DNA of 61,106 nucleotides, filler included. It is 3 parts of 3 records of this genome, joined end to end, with 100 filler letters (N's around TTAATTAATTAA, not from the genome) between each part and the next. Parts side by side here need not be neighbours in the genome. Positions count along the whole stretch, not along the records: positions 1 to 26,721 come from DRR378314_432; positions 26,822 to 34,878 come from DRR378314_437; 1 more part is not named here. One strand, 5' to 3'. The notes under the pieces are model-generated. The model did not search any database. It was not told where the DNA came from and was given only the letters and a program-made list of their open reading frames with translations. The first letter of the stretch is position 1. Each line of letters starts with the position of its first letter. Below are positions 19,060 to 29,308 of the stretch, piece after piece. Both the position numbers and the translations under genes were made by a program.

Positions 19060-19655
19060 TGTCGATTGCTCATCTCCTTGAGGATTTCACCGCTCCGGCC
19101 AGTGGTGTCGCGGTTCATCTGCTGGATGATGAAGCCCTGGAAGAGCAACGCCTTGCCGCGTTCGAGCAAGGTTATGGTGCCGGGTGGGACGACGCCATTC
19201 AGGCGCAGGAACAGGCGGGCGGGCAACTCAGTTCAGAATTGTCCGCCACACTCTCGGATCTGTCATTTACCTATCAGGAAGCATTGACCCGCATGACACT
19301 GTCGCTGGAGCCTCTGTTCCAGAGCCTGATCCAGGTTGTTCTGCCGGAAACCGTAGAACGCAGCTTTGCCACCAGGTTGTCAGATCAACTGTGCGAGATG
19401 GCGCAGGAACAGATCGGGCAGCCGATGCAACTGACGGTTCCGACGGGAACCTCCGATCAGGTCGCGGCGGCCTTACCACTGGAATTCTCACCAACTCCGC
19501 AAGTTGTCGAAGACCCATCTCTGCAGCCCGGACAGGCGCAACTGCAAGTGGGCACCGCCCGGCGTGAGGTGGATTGCGCCGCTTTACTTTCGTCCATCGC
19601 AGCATCTTTCGACGCCTATCTGTTTGAAGCAAAAGAGGCTTTGTCAAATGAGTAA
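19059..19655 (+). CDS. fliH: FliH-like flagellar export protein
   Basis: AFEQGYGAGW GxxxG-type repeat, position between fliF and fliN. Confidence 0.65.
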   Translation: MSIAHLLEDFTAPASGVAVHLLDDEALEEQRLAAFEQGYGAGWDDAIQAQEQAGGQLSSELSATLSDLSFTYQEALTRMTLSLEPLFQSLIQVVLPETVERSFATRLSDQLCEMAQEQIGQPMQLTVPTGTSDQVAAALPLEFSPTPQVVEDPSLQPGQAQLQVGTARREVDCAALLSSIAASFDAYLFEAKEALSNE

Positions 19656-19935
19656 CCCCCAACTTCCTAAATCCGAAAAACCAAATCCGTTCGAAGCTGT
19701 TCCGATTGAAGTCACCGTTTCGGTCGGCCGGGCACGGCCACTAATTCGTGACTTGCTGAATATGGGTGAAAACGCAGTGCTGACTTTGGATAAGCGGATT
19801 GAAGACCCGGTTGACCTCTATGTCGGGGACCAATTGGTCGCCCGCGGGCTACTTGAAGAACTGGAGGGGGACCAAGCGGGGCAGTTGGCTGTACGTCTGA
19901 CCGAAATCTCGGACCTGCAGAACGGGATCGGATAA
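19648..19935 (+). CDS. fliN: FliM/FliN family switch protein (SpoA domain)
   Basis: VPIEVTVSVGR...LTLDKRIEDPVDLYVGDQLVARG; start moved to ATG 19648. Confidence 0.85.
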   Translation: MSNPQLPKSEKPNPFEAVPIEVTVSVGRARPLIRDLLNMGENAVLTLDKRIEDPVDLYVGDQLVARGLLEELEGDQAGQLAVRLTEISDLQNGIG

Positions 19936-20660
19936 TGCGCCACTTGATCTGGCTGGTTCTTCTTATGGCCGTCCCTACTGGCGTCGCGGCACAGGAAGTG
20001 TCGCTGTCCTTGGGCGAGGGCGGGTCAATCTCGGCCCGGACAATCCAGCTGATCCTGCTGATCACTGTTCTTAGTCTCGCACCGGGGTTGGCGATCATGA
20101 TCACCTGCTTCCCGTTTCTGATCACCGTATTGGCGATCTTGCGACAGGGTCTTGGGCTTCAGCAGTCGCCGCCCAACATGCTGATTGTCAGTCTGGCACT
20201 GTTTCTGACCTATTTCATTATGGAACCGGTATTCACTGAGGCGTGGGAGACCGGGATTCAGCCCATGGTCGAAGAAACGCTGGACATGGAACCCGCGCTG
20301 GAACGCGCGCTGGCACCGTTTCGCAGTTTCATGGCTGCGCGTCTGGATGTCGACACGTTTCAGGCCATGGCCGCGTTGCGCCCAGATGGCGCGGCGATGC
20401 AGCTGTCACCCGAAGCGCCGCTGTCGGTCCTGATGCCGTCATTCATGCTGTCCGAAATTGCACGCGCGTTTCAGATCGGGTTTCTGATTTTCCTGCCCTT
20501 CCTGATCATCGATCTCGTCGTCGCCGCAGTTTTAATGTCCATGGGAATGATGATGGTTCCGCCGGCTACGGTTTCGCTGCCGTTCAAGCTGGCGTTTTTT
20601 GTGATCGCGGATGGCTGGGCGCTGATTGCCAGTGCCTTGGTACGCAGCTACGTGCCTTGA
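19935..20660 (+). CDS. fliP: Flagellar export gate protein FliP
   Basis: GLQQSPPN, AFQIGFLIFLPF, MGMMMVPP..SLPFKL motifs. Confidence 0.97.
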   Translation: MRHLIWLVLLMAVPTGVAAQEVSLSLGEGGSISARTIQLILLITVLSLAPGLAIMITCFPFLITVLAILRQGLGLQQSPPNMLIVSLALFLTYFIMEPVFTEAWETGIQPMVEETLDMEPALERALAPFRSFMAARLDVDTFQAMAALRPDGAAMQLSPEAPLSVLMPSFMLSEIARAFQIGFLIFLPFLIIDLVVAAVLMSMGMMMVPPATVSLPFKLAFFVIADGWALIASALVRSYVP

Positions 20661-20661
20661 C

Positions 20662-22104
20662 CTATTGCCGGGTGATCTGAAGGCGCGCGCGCAGGCCTTG
20701 CTCTCCGGCCTCGAAACTCAGCGTCCCGCCATGTTGCTCGGCGACGGTACTGACGATGGTAAGGCCCAGCCCAAATCCATCCGATGACCCAATGTTAGAG
20801 CCGCGCTGGAACGGGGTCAAAAGTGCCTCGATATCCTCAACAGACAGATCGGTGCCCTTGTCCTCGACGATAATCGTGGCGGTTTGTGCATCGGTCTGCA
20901 GCGCGACCTCGGCATGGCGTCCGTATTTCAGGGCATTGTCGATCAGGTTGGTCAGCGCTCGTTTCAGTGAAATCGGTCGACCTGTCACAAGAATGCGGCG
21001 CGTTTCCGGCAGTGATCCATGCCCGCGGCGCGACATGAAGACAGACGGCGCGCCTTCGACGGCTACCGGATCAACGGCCTTCAGCGATACAGGCCGATCC
21101 ATGTCCTGATAGTCGGCCACCAGTGACTCGACCAGGGAGGTCAGCGAAATCTGGCGGGGTTCTTCGACACTTAATTCAGAACGTGTATAGGTCAGCACGC
21201 TTTCGATCATGCCGGTCATCTGATCCACATCTGCTTCGAGTTTCTCGCGCAGTTCGGCGTCATCGATCAGGGCAGCGCGCAGTCGAACGCGGGTCGCGGG
21301 TGTTCCCAGATCGTGACTGACACCCGACAATACAATGGCGCGTTTTTCAAGCTGCGCGCGCTCGGCCTCAAGGTGGTCGTTCACGGCTGCTACGATATCC
21401 CGAAGCTCATCCGGACCGTCTGCATCATAGCTTTGAGGTCCACCACGGCGTTTGCGGTCGCCCAGTGCCTGCGCAAAGCGCGTAAAGCTGTCAGAGACAT
21501 TTCCGACCGATGTCAGCAGCGCGGCCAGCGCAACAATACCCAGCAATATTGCGGGCAGCCGTAAATCAACAGGTGCAGCTGTGCAGCCCCAGATACCTGT
21601 GCCATCGACCTGCTGCCAGACCCCGCGCCCGAATTGCGCGATAAGGATCGGTTCGCTGCAATAGGTCGCCAACAGGCGTGTCAGGTTACCCATCTTCTCG
21701 GGCCCTGTCTGATCGCTGCCAGACACAATATCCGACACCGGATAGACCAACCGATCTGACAATACAGCCAGGGTCAGTTCGCGTCCGCTGAGTGGCGCAG
21801 AGCTGTCGGTGAGGATCGAAAGGTTGGTGACAAAGCGGCGGTCCGAAAAACCGGGCATTTGCTGGAAATCACCCATATCCGCAAGTGCTGCAGCATCGGC
21901 TGGCAATGGCGTGATGGACAAGTCGGGAGGCGGCGCCATCCCCGTTCGAAGGTCTTCGTAGACAGTGAAACCTGCAACAAATGCTTCGGTCTGATATCGG
22001 TTCCAAGCTTGTGTCGAAGCGAACCACATCCCGGCCGAAACCAGCCCTGCCACGAAGGCGGACATAGCCCAGAGCCACCCAAAACTGCGCAGGCGCAGGG
22101 TCAT
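20662..22104 (-). CDS. Sensor histidine kinase (2 TM, HAMP, HisKA, HATPase)
   Basis: SHDLGTP H-box, NLIDNALKY N-box, GFGLGL G2-box. Confidence 0.92.
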   Translation of the reverse strand: MTLRLRSFGWLWAMSAFVAGLVSAGMWFASTQAWNRYQTEAFVAGFTVYEDLRTGMAPPPDLSITPLPADAAALADMGDFQQMPGFSDRRFVTNLSILTDSSAPLSGRELTLAVLSDRLVYPVSDIVSGSDQTGPEKMGNLTRLLATYCSEPILIAQFGRGVWQQVDGTGIWGCTAAPVDLRLPAILLGIVALAALLTSVGNVSDSFTRFAQALGDRKRRGGPQSYDADGPDELRDIVAAVNDHLEAERAQLEKRAIVLSGVSHDLGTPATRVRLRAALIDDAELREKLEADVDQMTGMIESVLTYTRSELSVEEPRQISLTSLVESLVADYQDMDRPVSLKAVDPVAVEGAPSVFMSRRGHGSLPETRRILVTGRPISLKRALTNLIDNALKYGRHAEVALQTDAQTATIIVEDKGTDLSVEDIEALLTPFQRGSNIGSSDGFGLGLTIVSTVAEQHGGTLSFEAGEQGLRARLQITRQ

Positions 22105-22838
22105 GCGTCCTCATCCACCGAAACATTGGCAGTAAAGAGGTATCCGACCCCTCGCTCGGTGCGCAGCATCTGCGGGTCTTTCGGATTGACCTCGATTTTT
22201 GATCGCAACCGCCCAACCAGCATATCGATGGCACGGCCCTGAGCCTCGGGTTTGTCTGTCTCGCCGGTGACATCCAGCGCTGCGGCAATCTCATCCCGGG
22301 TCAGCGGAATATGCGGATTTGCTAGCAGAACTTTCAGCAGGGCGGTTTCGCGTTGTGATAATGAGACCAGATAGCCCTCGGGTGAGTGCACCTCATCGCG
22401 TTTGCCGTCAAAGACCCAACCGTCAAAGTGAAAGGTGCGGGTGCGGCGGCGATAGGCCAGCGAAGGCGTGCGTTGCGCGCGCTGCATCACCGCGCGGACG
22501 CGAGCCAGCAGAAGCTGTGGGTTGAACGGTTTGGCGATGTAATCGTCCGCCCCAACCTCATAGCCTGCCATGCGTTGATGATCCGCCGACAGGGCTGAAA
22601 CCAGGATGATCGGCACATCCTGTTCGGCCCGCAGTCGGGCACAGATCTCAACGCCGTTTTCATCTCCCAGCATGACATCCAGCAGGATCAAATCAATCCG
22701 CCCCGAGGTCAGATGAGAACGTATTTCGCTTTCTGAACTGGCAGGCAGTGCGATAAACCCGTTCTGCTGAAAGAACTGGGTCAGCATCGATCTCATCTCA
22801 GAATCGTCGTCCACCACCAGAAGCCGGGGAATGCCCAC
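22101..22838 (-). CDS. OmpR-family response regulator
   Basis: LVVDDD, LLDVML, GADDYIAKPF, TERGVGY; GTG start at 22838 after RBS AGGAGG. Confidence 0.92.
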   Translation of the reverse strand: MGIPRLLVVDDDSEMRSMLTQFFQQNGFIALPASSESEIRSHLTSGRIDLILLDVMLGDENGVEICARLRAEQDVPIILVSALSADHQRMAGYEVGADDYIAKPFNPQLLLARVRAVMQRAQRTPSLAYRRRTRTFHFDGWVFDGKRDEVHSPEGYLVSLSQRETALLKVLLANPHIPLTRDEIAAALDVTGETDKPEAQGRAIDMLVGRLRSKIEVNPKDPQMLRTERGVGYLFTANVSVDEDA

Positions 22839-22876
22839 TCTGATCCTCCTCTTCATCTTCCTCCGTTGCCGCAATT

Positions 22877-22921
22877 GTAACGAATGGAAACGGATTCAAG
22901 GCCAACGTAACACGCGGTAAC
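22877..22921. promoter_or_regulatory. OmpR-type direct repeats (GTAAC, 10-bp period) in the divergent RR/SBP promoter
   Basis: GTAAC at 22877, GAAAC at 22887, GTAAC at 22907 and 22917. Confidence 0.6.
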
Positions 22922-23052
22922 AAAAGCGGTGAAAATTTCCACCTTGTCAGGACATTACTCTGCATTCTGCGTTGCCATGCGACATTCCGTTAGCGCTATA
23001 TCGAGCATGGCTGCCTTATGGGTGGCACCGAAATCTCAGGGAGGAGATCAAA

Positions 23053-24297
23053 ATGAAGCGTTTTGCATTTGCTACCGTTTCGACATTGGCCGTTGCGGCC
23101 GCGTCGTCGGTAGTGGCTGAGCCGCAGGCCGAAGTTCTGCACTGGTGGACATCCGGCGGTGAGGCGAAGTCGGTTGCTGTTCTGCAAGAAGAATTTGCCG
23201 CGAACGGTGGCACATGGACCGATATGCCCGTTGCGGGTGGTGGTGGTGATGCAGCGATGACCGCGCTGCGTGCTCGCGTTCTGTCCGGAAACGCGCCGAC
23301 CGCAGTTCAGCTGAAAGGCCCCGCGATTCAGGAATGGTACGAAGAAGGCGTTCTGGCTGATATTTCATCTGTGGCCGAGGCCGAGGGTTGGGCTGATGTT
23401 CTGCCCGCATCAATTGCAGGCCACATGATGTGTGAGGGCACATGGTGCGCAGCACCAGTGAACGTGCATCGCATCGACTGGATCTGGGCTAATGCCGATA
23501 TTCTGGCGGCAAACGACGTTGAGATGCCTACAACCTGGGACGAATTCAATGCCGCTGCCGAAAAACTGCAGGCCGCTGGTGTGATCCCACTGGCTCACGG
23601 TGGTCAGGCTTGGCAAGACGCGACCGTGTTTGAAGCGGTTGTTATGGGGCTTGGCGGACCGGAATTCTACCAAAAAGCACTGGTCGATCTCGACCCTGAA
23701 GCTTTGACATCAGACACAATGGTACAGGTCTTTGACCAGATGCGTACCATGCGCGGATATGTCGACGAGAACTTCTCGGGCCGTGACTGGAACCTTGCCA
23801 CAGCCATGGTGATGAATGGCGAAGCTGCCTTCCAGATCATGGGCGACTGGGCCAAAGGTGAATTCCTGGCCGCTGGCAAAACGCCCGGCGAAGATTTCCT
23901 GTGCGCCTCGACCCCCGGCGACGGTTATCTGTACAACGTCGACAGCTTTGCCATGTTCGAAGTGGAAGGTGACGACAACCGTGCTGGACAAGAATTGCTG
24001 GCCAAGCTGATCGTCGCGCCGAACTTTCAGGAAGTATTCAACCTGAACAAGGGCTCGATCCCGGCGCGGACCGATGTGGCACTGGATGCCTTTGACATCT
24101 GCGCCAAAATTTCGGCCGAAGACATGGGTTCGACCTCGGCCGGTGGTTCGCTGCTGCCGTCTTATGCCCATGGTATGGCGCTGCGTGGATCGCAGGCTGG
24201 TGCGATTACGGACGTTGTGACCGCGCATTTCAACTCGGATATGTCCTCGGCTGACGCAGTTCAGCAACTGGCGGACGCGGTGGCCAACAGCTACTGA
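23053..24297 (+). CDS. Sugar ABC substrate-binding protein, glucose/mannose type (GtsA/GltB-like)
   Basis: EVLHWWTSGGEA, LAHGGQAWQD, QIMGDWAKGEF, FNLNKGSIP motifs; signal peptide; ATG 23053 after GGAGGAG. Confidence 0.9.
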   Translation: MKRFAFATVSTLAVAAASSVVAEPQAEVLHWWTSGGEAKSVAVLQEEFAANGGTWTDMPVAGGGGDAAMTALRARVLSGNAPTAVQLKGPAIQEWYEEGVLADISSVAEAEGWADVLPASIAGHMMCEGTWCAAPVNVHRIDWIWANADILAANDVEMPTTWDEFNAAAEKLQAAGVIPLAHGGQAWQDATVFEAVVMGLGGPEFYQKALVDLDPEALTSDTMVQVFDQMRTMRGYVDENFSGRDWNLATAMVMNGEAAFQIMGDWAKGEFLAAGKTPGEDFLCASTPGDGYLYNVDSFAMFEVEGDDNRAGQELLAKLIVAPNFQEVFNLNKGSIPARTDVALDAFDICAKISAEDMGSTSAGGSLLPSYAHGMALRGSQAGAITDVVTAHFNSDMSSADAVQQLADAVANSY

Positions 24298-24305
24298 TCC
24301 AACAC

Positions 24306-24334
24306 GCTCTGCCCCTTATAATACGGGGCAGAGC
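24306..24334 (+). terminator. Intercistronic stem-loop after the SBP gene (partial terminator or mRNA stabiliser)
   Basis: GCTCTGCCCC-N9-GGGGCAGAGC, perfect 10-bp stem. Confidence 0.65.
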
Positions 24335-24354
24335 ATCTTTCCCCGGAGGCTAAA

Positions 24355-25227
24355 ATGTCCGAATGGCTGGAAAACCACCTGCCCAAGGTGGTGCTGGCAC
24401 CGTCGTTCATCGCCGTATTGATTTTTGTTTACGGATTTATCGGATGGACCGCATGGGTGTCGCTGACCCGATCAAAACTACTGCCGAAATACGAAATCCA
24501 TGGCTTCATTCAGTATGAGCGCCTGTTCGATTCCCCCCGCTGGGACACGGCAATCAACAACTTGTATATCTTTGGCGCGCTTTTCATCGTGATCGCGATG
24601 GTGCTGGGTCTGTTGCTGGCCATCCTGCTGGATCAGAAGATCCGCGTCGAAGGGGCGATCCGCACGATCTACCTGTACCCGATGGCATTGTCGATGATTG
24701 TGACCGGCACCGCGTGGAAGTGGATCCTGAACCCCGGTCTGGGGATTGAATCCATGGTGCAGGGCTGGGGCTTTCCCAACTTCGAATTCGATTGGTTGGT
24801 GAACCCCGATTACGCCATCTATACAATCGTTATTGCCGCAATCTGGCAAAGCTCGGGCTTTGTCATGGCGCTGTTCCTCGCCGGGCTGCGCTCGGTGGAT
24901 GGAGAGATCATCAAAGCCGCGCAGGTCGATGGTATCCCCACATGGCGCATCTATACGGCGATCATCATCCCATCGATGGCTCCGATCTTCCTGTCGGCCT
25001 TCATCGTACTCGCACACCTTGCGATCAAGAGCTTTGACCTTGTCATTGCTCTGACAGGCGGTGGTCCGGGATACGCGACCGATCTGCCGGCCACCTACAT
25101 GTACGCTATGGCGTTTTCGCGTGGCGATATCGGTCAGGCGGCCTCGTCTGCGATGATTATGATGCTTGTCGTCTTTGCCATCGTGGTTCCATACCTTTAC
25201 TCAGAGCTGAGGGCGAAAAATGACTGA
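24355..25227 (+). CDS. Carbohydrate ABC permease (GtsB-like)
   Basis: EAA loop IIKAAQVDG, TM helices. Confidence 0.92.
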   Translation: MSEWLENHLPKVVLAPSFIAVLIFVYGFIGWTAWVSLTRSKLLPKYEIHGFIQYERLFDSPRWDTAINNLYIFGALFIVIAMVLGLLLAILLDQKIRVEGAIRTIYLYPMALSMIVTGTAWKWILNPGLGIESMVQGWGFPNFEFDWLVNPDYAIYTIVIAAIWQSSGFVMALFLAGLRSVDGEIIKAAQVDGIPTWRIYTAIIIPSMAPIFLSAFIVLAHLAIKSFDLVIALTGGGPGYATDLPATYMYAMAFSRGDIGQAASSAMIMMLVVFAIVVPYLYSELRAKND

Positions 25228-26119
25228 TCTGTCGATGCCCCAAACACAAACGCGCAGCCAAAGCAACACAAGCAAAATTGCCTTGCGCTGGTTGCTTTAC
25301 GTCCTGCTGGGACTGTTCGCGCTGTATTACCTGATGCCGCTTTTCGTGATGTTGACGACATCACTGAAAAGCCTTGAGGAAATCCGCACCGGGTCACTGA
25401 TCTCGCTGCCGCGCGAAGTCAGCTTCGACGCCTGGAAAACCGCATGGTCCGGGGCTTGTACCGGTATCCAGTGTGAAGGTCTGCGGCCTTACTTCTGGAA
25501 CTCGGTCCTGATCGCGGTGCCTGCAGTGTTTTTGTCCACCCTGATAGGTGCGCTGAACGGCTATGTCGTGGCGCAGTGGCGGTTCAAAGGCGCGAACATC
25601 ATCTTCTCGCTGATGCTGTTTGGCTGCTTTATTCCGTTTCAGGTCGTGCTGCTGCCAATGGCGCGGCTGCTGGGCATGATGGGGATCGCCGGAACCATTC
25701 CGGGACTGATCTTTGTTCATGTGATCTACGGGCTGGGCTTCACCACGCTGTTCTTCCGCAACTACTATGTCACCATCCCTTCCGAGCTAACCAAGGCGGC
25801 GCGGGTTGATGGGGCCGGTTTCATGCGGATCTTCTGGTCGATTTTCCTGCCGCTGTCGCTGCCCATCATCGTGGTGACCGTGATCTGGCAGTTCACGCAG
25901 ATCTGGAATGACTTCCTGTTCGGCGTGTCGTTCAGCCAGGCGGGCACGCAGCCCGTGACTGTGGCGCTCAACAACATCGTAAACTCCACCACCGGCGTCA
26001 AAGAGTACAACGTCGACATGGCCGCCGCGATCATCGCGGGGCTGCCGACGCTGCTTGTCTATGTCGTTGCCGGTAAGTATTTCATCCGCGGCCTGACCGC
26101 TGGCTCAGTGAAGGGATAA
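25220..26119 (+). CDS. Carbohydrate ABC permease (GtsC-like)
   Basis: ELTKAARVDGAG, WNDFLF, FIRGLTAGSVKG. Confidence 0.92.
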   Translation: MTDLSMPQTQTRSQSNTSKIALRWLLYVLLGLFALYYLMPLFVMLTTSLKSLEEIRTGSLISLPREVSFDAWKTAWSGACTGIQCEGLRPYFWNSVLIAVPAVFLSTLIGALNGYVVAQWRFKGANIIFSLMLFGCFIPFQVVLLPMARLLGMMGIAGTIPGLIFVHVIYGLGFTTLFFRNYYVTIPSELTKAARVDGAGFMRIFWSIFLPLSLPIIVVTVIWQFTQIWNDFLFGVSFSQAGTQPVTVALNNIVNSTTGVKEYNVDMAAAIIAGLPTLLVYVVAGKYFIRGLTAGSVKG

Positions 26120-26124
26120 GACCC

Positions 26125-26721
26125 ATGGCTCCCATCCTTGATATCAACAAACTGTACAAGAATTACGGTGCGACCGAAATTCTGAAGGACATAAACATCT
26201 CGATCGAACCGGGCGACTTCCTGGTACTGGTTGGCCCCTCGGGCTGTGGTAAATCCACCTTGCTGAACTGTATCGCAGGGTTGGAGGAGATCACTGGCGG
26301 TACCCTGTCCATCGGCGGCAATGATATGACCCATGTCAGCCCCAAGGACCGTGACATCGCGATGGTGTTCCAGTCTTACGCCTTGTACCCGACCATGTCG
26401 GTGGCCAAGAACATCACCTTCGGCATGAAGGTGCGTGGGGTTGATCAGGCTACGATGGATGCCAAGCTGAAAGATGTGGCCTCGTTGTTGCAGATCGAAC
26501 CGCTGCTGAACCGCCGACCCAGCCAGTTGTCCGGCGGTCAGCGTCAGCGGGTCGCTATGGGTCGGGCGCTGGTACGCGATCCCAAGCTGTTCCTGTTTGA
26601 CGAGCCATTGTCGAATCTCGACGCAAAGCTGCGGGTCGAGATGCGAACCGAGATCAAGAAACTTCACCAAACGCTGGACGCTTCGATTGTTTACGTCACC
26701 CACGACCAGATCGAGGCGATG
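26125..26721 (+). CDS. MalK-family sugar ABC ATPase, truncated by contig end
   Basis: [34 protein letters not shown], then Ns. Confidence 0.93.
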
Positions 26722-26821
26722 NNNNNNNNNNNNNNNNNNNNNNNNNNNNNNNNNNNNNNNNNNNNTTAATTAATTAANNNNNNNNNNNNNNNNNNNNNNN
26801 NNNNNNNNNNNNNNNNNNNNN
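26722..26821. other. Artificial contig spacer
   Basis: N44-TTAATTAATTAA-N44, an all-frame stop linker; genes are truncated on both sides. Confidence 0.97.
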
Positions 26822-27387
26822 TCGATACCTTCCTGACCGTTTTCATCGATGTTCGTAAACCCAACGACGTGCGCGGTCACTTCGCCGGCCGGATAGTAAC
26901 GGCGGTACTCCTGGCGGCTGTACACGCCCGGAATGTCCATCGCCAACACCTGCCTCGCGATCTCAGGCTGAAGCTTACGGCGCAGGTAGATAAATTCTCG
27001 GCCCGAATACTTACGCAGACGCTCCCGAAGCCTGGCCTCCTGAATACCCAGCAACCGCGCAACGTTGGTCAGGCGTGGTTCGTCCGCGTCAATCTCGGAG
27101 GGGTTCGCCCAGATGGTCTGAACCGGCGTACTCACCGCAAGCGACTCGCCATGCCGGTCTGTGACGACGCCTCGATGAGCGTCGATACTTTCAATTCGAA
27201 TGGTGCGAACGTCGCCCTGTTTACGCAGGAAGTCGTTGTCCACCACGTGCAGATCCACGAGGCGCCACGCAAGGGCACCGACGACCAGCAGGAAAACACC
27301 CAACACGGTGCCGTACCGCCAGGCCCCAAGCCCGGCAGCCAGTCGCTGGCCCCACGTTGCTGTCTTTCCCTGATCCGACACTGTCAT
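26822..27387 (-). CDS. ftsI: PBP3/FtsI N-terminal part, truncated by contig end
   Basis: TM, RGVVTDRHGESLAVS, EYRRYYPAGEVTAHVVGFTNID; downstream of ftsL. Confidence 0.93.
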
Positions 27388-27410
27388 CACCTTACGGTTG
27401 TTATTCTCGC

Positions 27411-27818
27411 TTAGCGCGCCCCGACGAGCGGCGCCATCAAAGGCACCAAAACGATGTCCTGTTTGCCTGGCACGACCATCCCGAAACGCTCCGATGCCAG
27501 TTGTTCTACCCGTCCATGGGCGCTCAAAGCGCTCTGCTCCAGCAGCAACTGACTCCACTCACGCTGGTAGTTGTCCCGCTGCTCCTGCAACTGGGAGAGC
27601 GTGTTGAACAACTCCCGATTCTCATGGGCACTGACAACGACGCCCAATGAAGACACGATCAACAGCATCACCAATCCCACAGTGATCAGCACGCGCTTCT
27701 GGTGCAGCGCCGCAAAAACCTGGTGTGACAACCTGACCGCTGTTGCAACACCGTCCCTGACACGCTTCCTGTTCAGTCGCGCTGTTTTTGTTGGCTGTTC
27801 AATGGCTACCGCGCCCAT
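27411..27818 (-). CDS. ftsL: Cell division protein FtsL
   Basis: TM plus coiled coil EWSQLLLEQSAL..HGRVE; between rsmH and ftsI. Confidence 0.92.
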   Translation of the reverse strand: MGAVAIEQPTKTARLNRKRVRDGVATAVRLSHQVFAALHQKRVLITVGLVMLLIVSSLGVVVSAHENRELFNTLSQLQEQRDNYQREWSQLLLEQSALSAHGRVEQLASERFGMVVPGKQDIVLVPLMAPLVGAR

Positions 27819-27840
27819 GTTTACGCGCTCCCTACTAAAG

Positions 27841-28800
27841 TTATTCCGGTATCCGCTCGAGGACACGCATCACCGCGCTCCTCGCCCGTACGTTATCGCT
27901 TACTTCGTCCGTATCCGCTTTGTTCGCCTTGCCGATTAACCGAAAGGCCGATGCTTCCTGTTCTGCGGTCACTGGTACGCCTTTCGGCAACCGCGGACCG
28001 CGCGCCAGGTCCCGCATGAAACGCTTGACCAGCCGGTCCTCCAGTGAGTGGAAGCTGATGACCACCAGCCTTCCACCGGGCTTCAGCTTTTCAACGGCAG
28101 CACCGAGCCCGAGCTCCAGATCTTCCAGCTCCCGGTTGATAAAAATCCGGATTGCCTGGAACGTCCTGGTGGCCGGATGCTTGTGCTTTTCCTTCTTTGG
28201 AACCGCCTCACTGACCAGAGACGCCAATTGATGAGTGGTCTCCAGAGGCGCCTCTTTGCGCCTCTCCACAACAAGACGAGCGATACGGCGGGAAAACTTC
28301 TCCTCGCCGTATCGCCAAATAACGTTCGCAATGTCTTTCTCGTCCGCCTCGGCCAGCCACTGCGCCGCACTCGGCGCCTGCCCGGGGTCCATCCTCATGT
28401 CCAGCGGCCCGTCGCGCATGAAGCTGAACCCTCTGGCAGCGTCATCCAATTGCGGGGATGAAACACCAAGATCCAGCAGCACGCCATTAACCTTCGTCCA
28501 CCCCTGGGTTTCCGCGGCGACGCCCAACTCGGCAAACGAGCCGTGAAAAGACTGGAAGCGAGCGTCCTCACCAGCCAGTTCGCGAGCCACCTTGACGGCC
28601 TCAGGGTCCTTGTCGATACCCAGCAGCTTTCCATCGTGGCCGAGCCGACCGAGGACCAGACGACTGTGGCCGCCCCGCCCGAAGGTGCCATCGATATAGA
28701 CACCCTCCGGATCGTTGACCAACAGGTCCACCGCCGAGTCAAGGAGCACGGAACGATGCCGGTACTGACCGACAGGCTCCTGCCCACGGTCGGCTGTCAT
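27841..28800 (-). CDS. rsmH: 16S rRNA m4C1402 methyltransferase
   Basis: [37 protein letters not shown]. Confidence 0.97.
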   Translation of the reverse strand: MTADRGQEPVGQYRHRSVLLDSAVDLLVNDPEGVYIDGTFGRGGHSRLVLGRLGHDGKLLGIDKDPEAVKVARELAGEDARFQSFHGSFAELGVAAETQGWTKVNGVLLDLGVSSPQLDDAARGFSFMRDGPLDMRMDPGQAPSAAQWLAEADEKDIANVIWRYGEEKFSRRIARLVVERRKEAPLETTHQLASLVSEAVPKKEKHKHPATRTFQAIRIFINRELEDLELGLGAAVEKLKPGGRLVVISFHSLEDRLVKRFMRDLARGPRLPKGVPVTAEQEASAFRLIGKANKADTDEVSDNVRARSAVMRVLERIPE

Positions 28801-29249
28801 AGCGACAACGCCTCCATTTCCGGCGGCATTTCGTCTTCTTCCGATGACTCGTCAAGCCAAGCGAACCAGCGCTCTTCGCTCCACAGCTCCAGCTTTTTAC
28901 CCTGACCGATCAGCATCAGCTTCTTCTCTAGGCGCGCATAACTGCGCAGCGTGGGCGGTACCAGAATGCGGCCCGCCGAATCCAGTTCCAGAGGCGTGGC
29001 ATGCCCCAGCAACAGTCGCTGAAGCCGGCGAGCCGCCTTATTCATGTTGGGAAGCGCTTCGATCTGCGGCCTAAGTGCCTCCCATTGTGGCTCCGGATAC
29101 ATCAGCAGACAGCGTTCTTCATCGGCATTGGCCGTCAATACAATGCGACCACTACAGGCGTGCGCGAGCTCTTCGCGCACCCTGGCGGGGATCGCCAAGC
29201 GACCCTTCGCATCCATATTGATGGCATGACTGCCAAGAAAATTGCTCAT
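28797..29249 (-). CDS. mraZ: Division/cell wall cluster repressor MraZ
   Basis: Two DxxGR motifs (DAKGR, DSAGR), LELWSEERW; first gene of dcw. Confidence 0.96.
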   Translation of the reverse strand: MSNFLGSHAINMDAKGRLAIPARVREELAHACSGRIVLTANADEERCLLMYPEPQWEALRPQIEALPNMNKAARRLQRLLLGHATPLELDSAGRILVPPTLRSYARLEKKLMLIGQGKKLELWSEERWFAWLDESSEEDEMPPEMEALSL

Positions 29250-29274
29250 TTGCACCAATTCCGGGGTTCAGAAA

Positions 29275-29308
29275 CCACAAATAACCACTAGAAACCACTT
29301 TTTCCCAC
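29275..29308 (-). promoter_or_regulatory. MraZ operator (four GTGG repeats, 10-bp period)
   Basis: CCAC on + strand at 29275, 29285, 29295 and 29305, upstream of mraZ. Confidence 0.8.

Noticed and set aside
147..26703. Numerous overlapping 60-250 aa alternative-frame ORFs in the GC-rich contig
   Set aside because: Expected shadow ORFs from high-GC codon bias, overlapping well-supported genes
26766..26777. TTAATTAATTAA as a CtrA site or biological repeat (also at 34923-34934)
   Set aside because: Synthetic all-frame stop spacer inside N runs
26125..27558. ORF-track proteins 26125..26769 and 26770..27558 running into Ns
   Set aside because: Their stops come from the artificial linker; they are truncated malK-like and ftsI genes from different organisms
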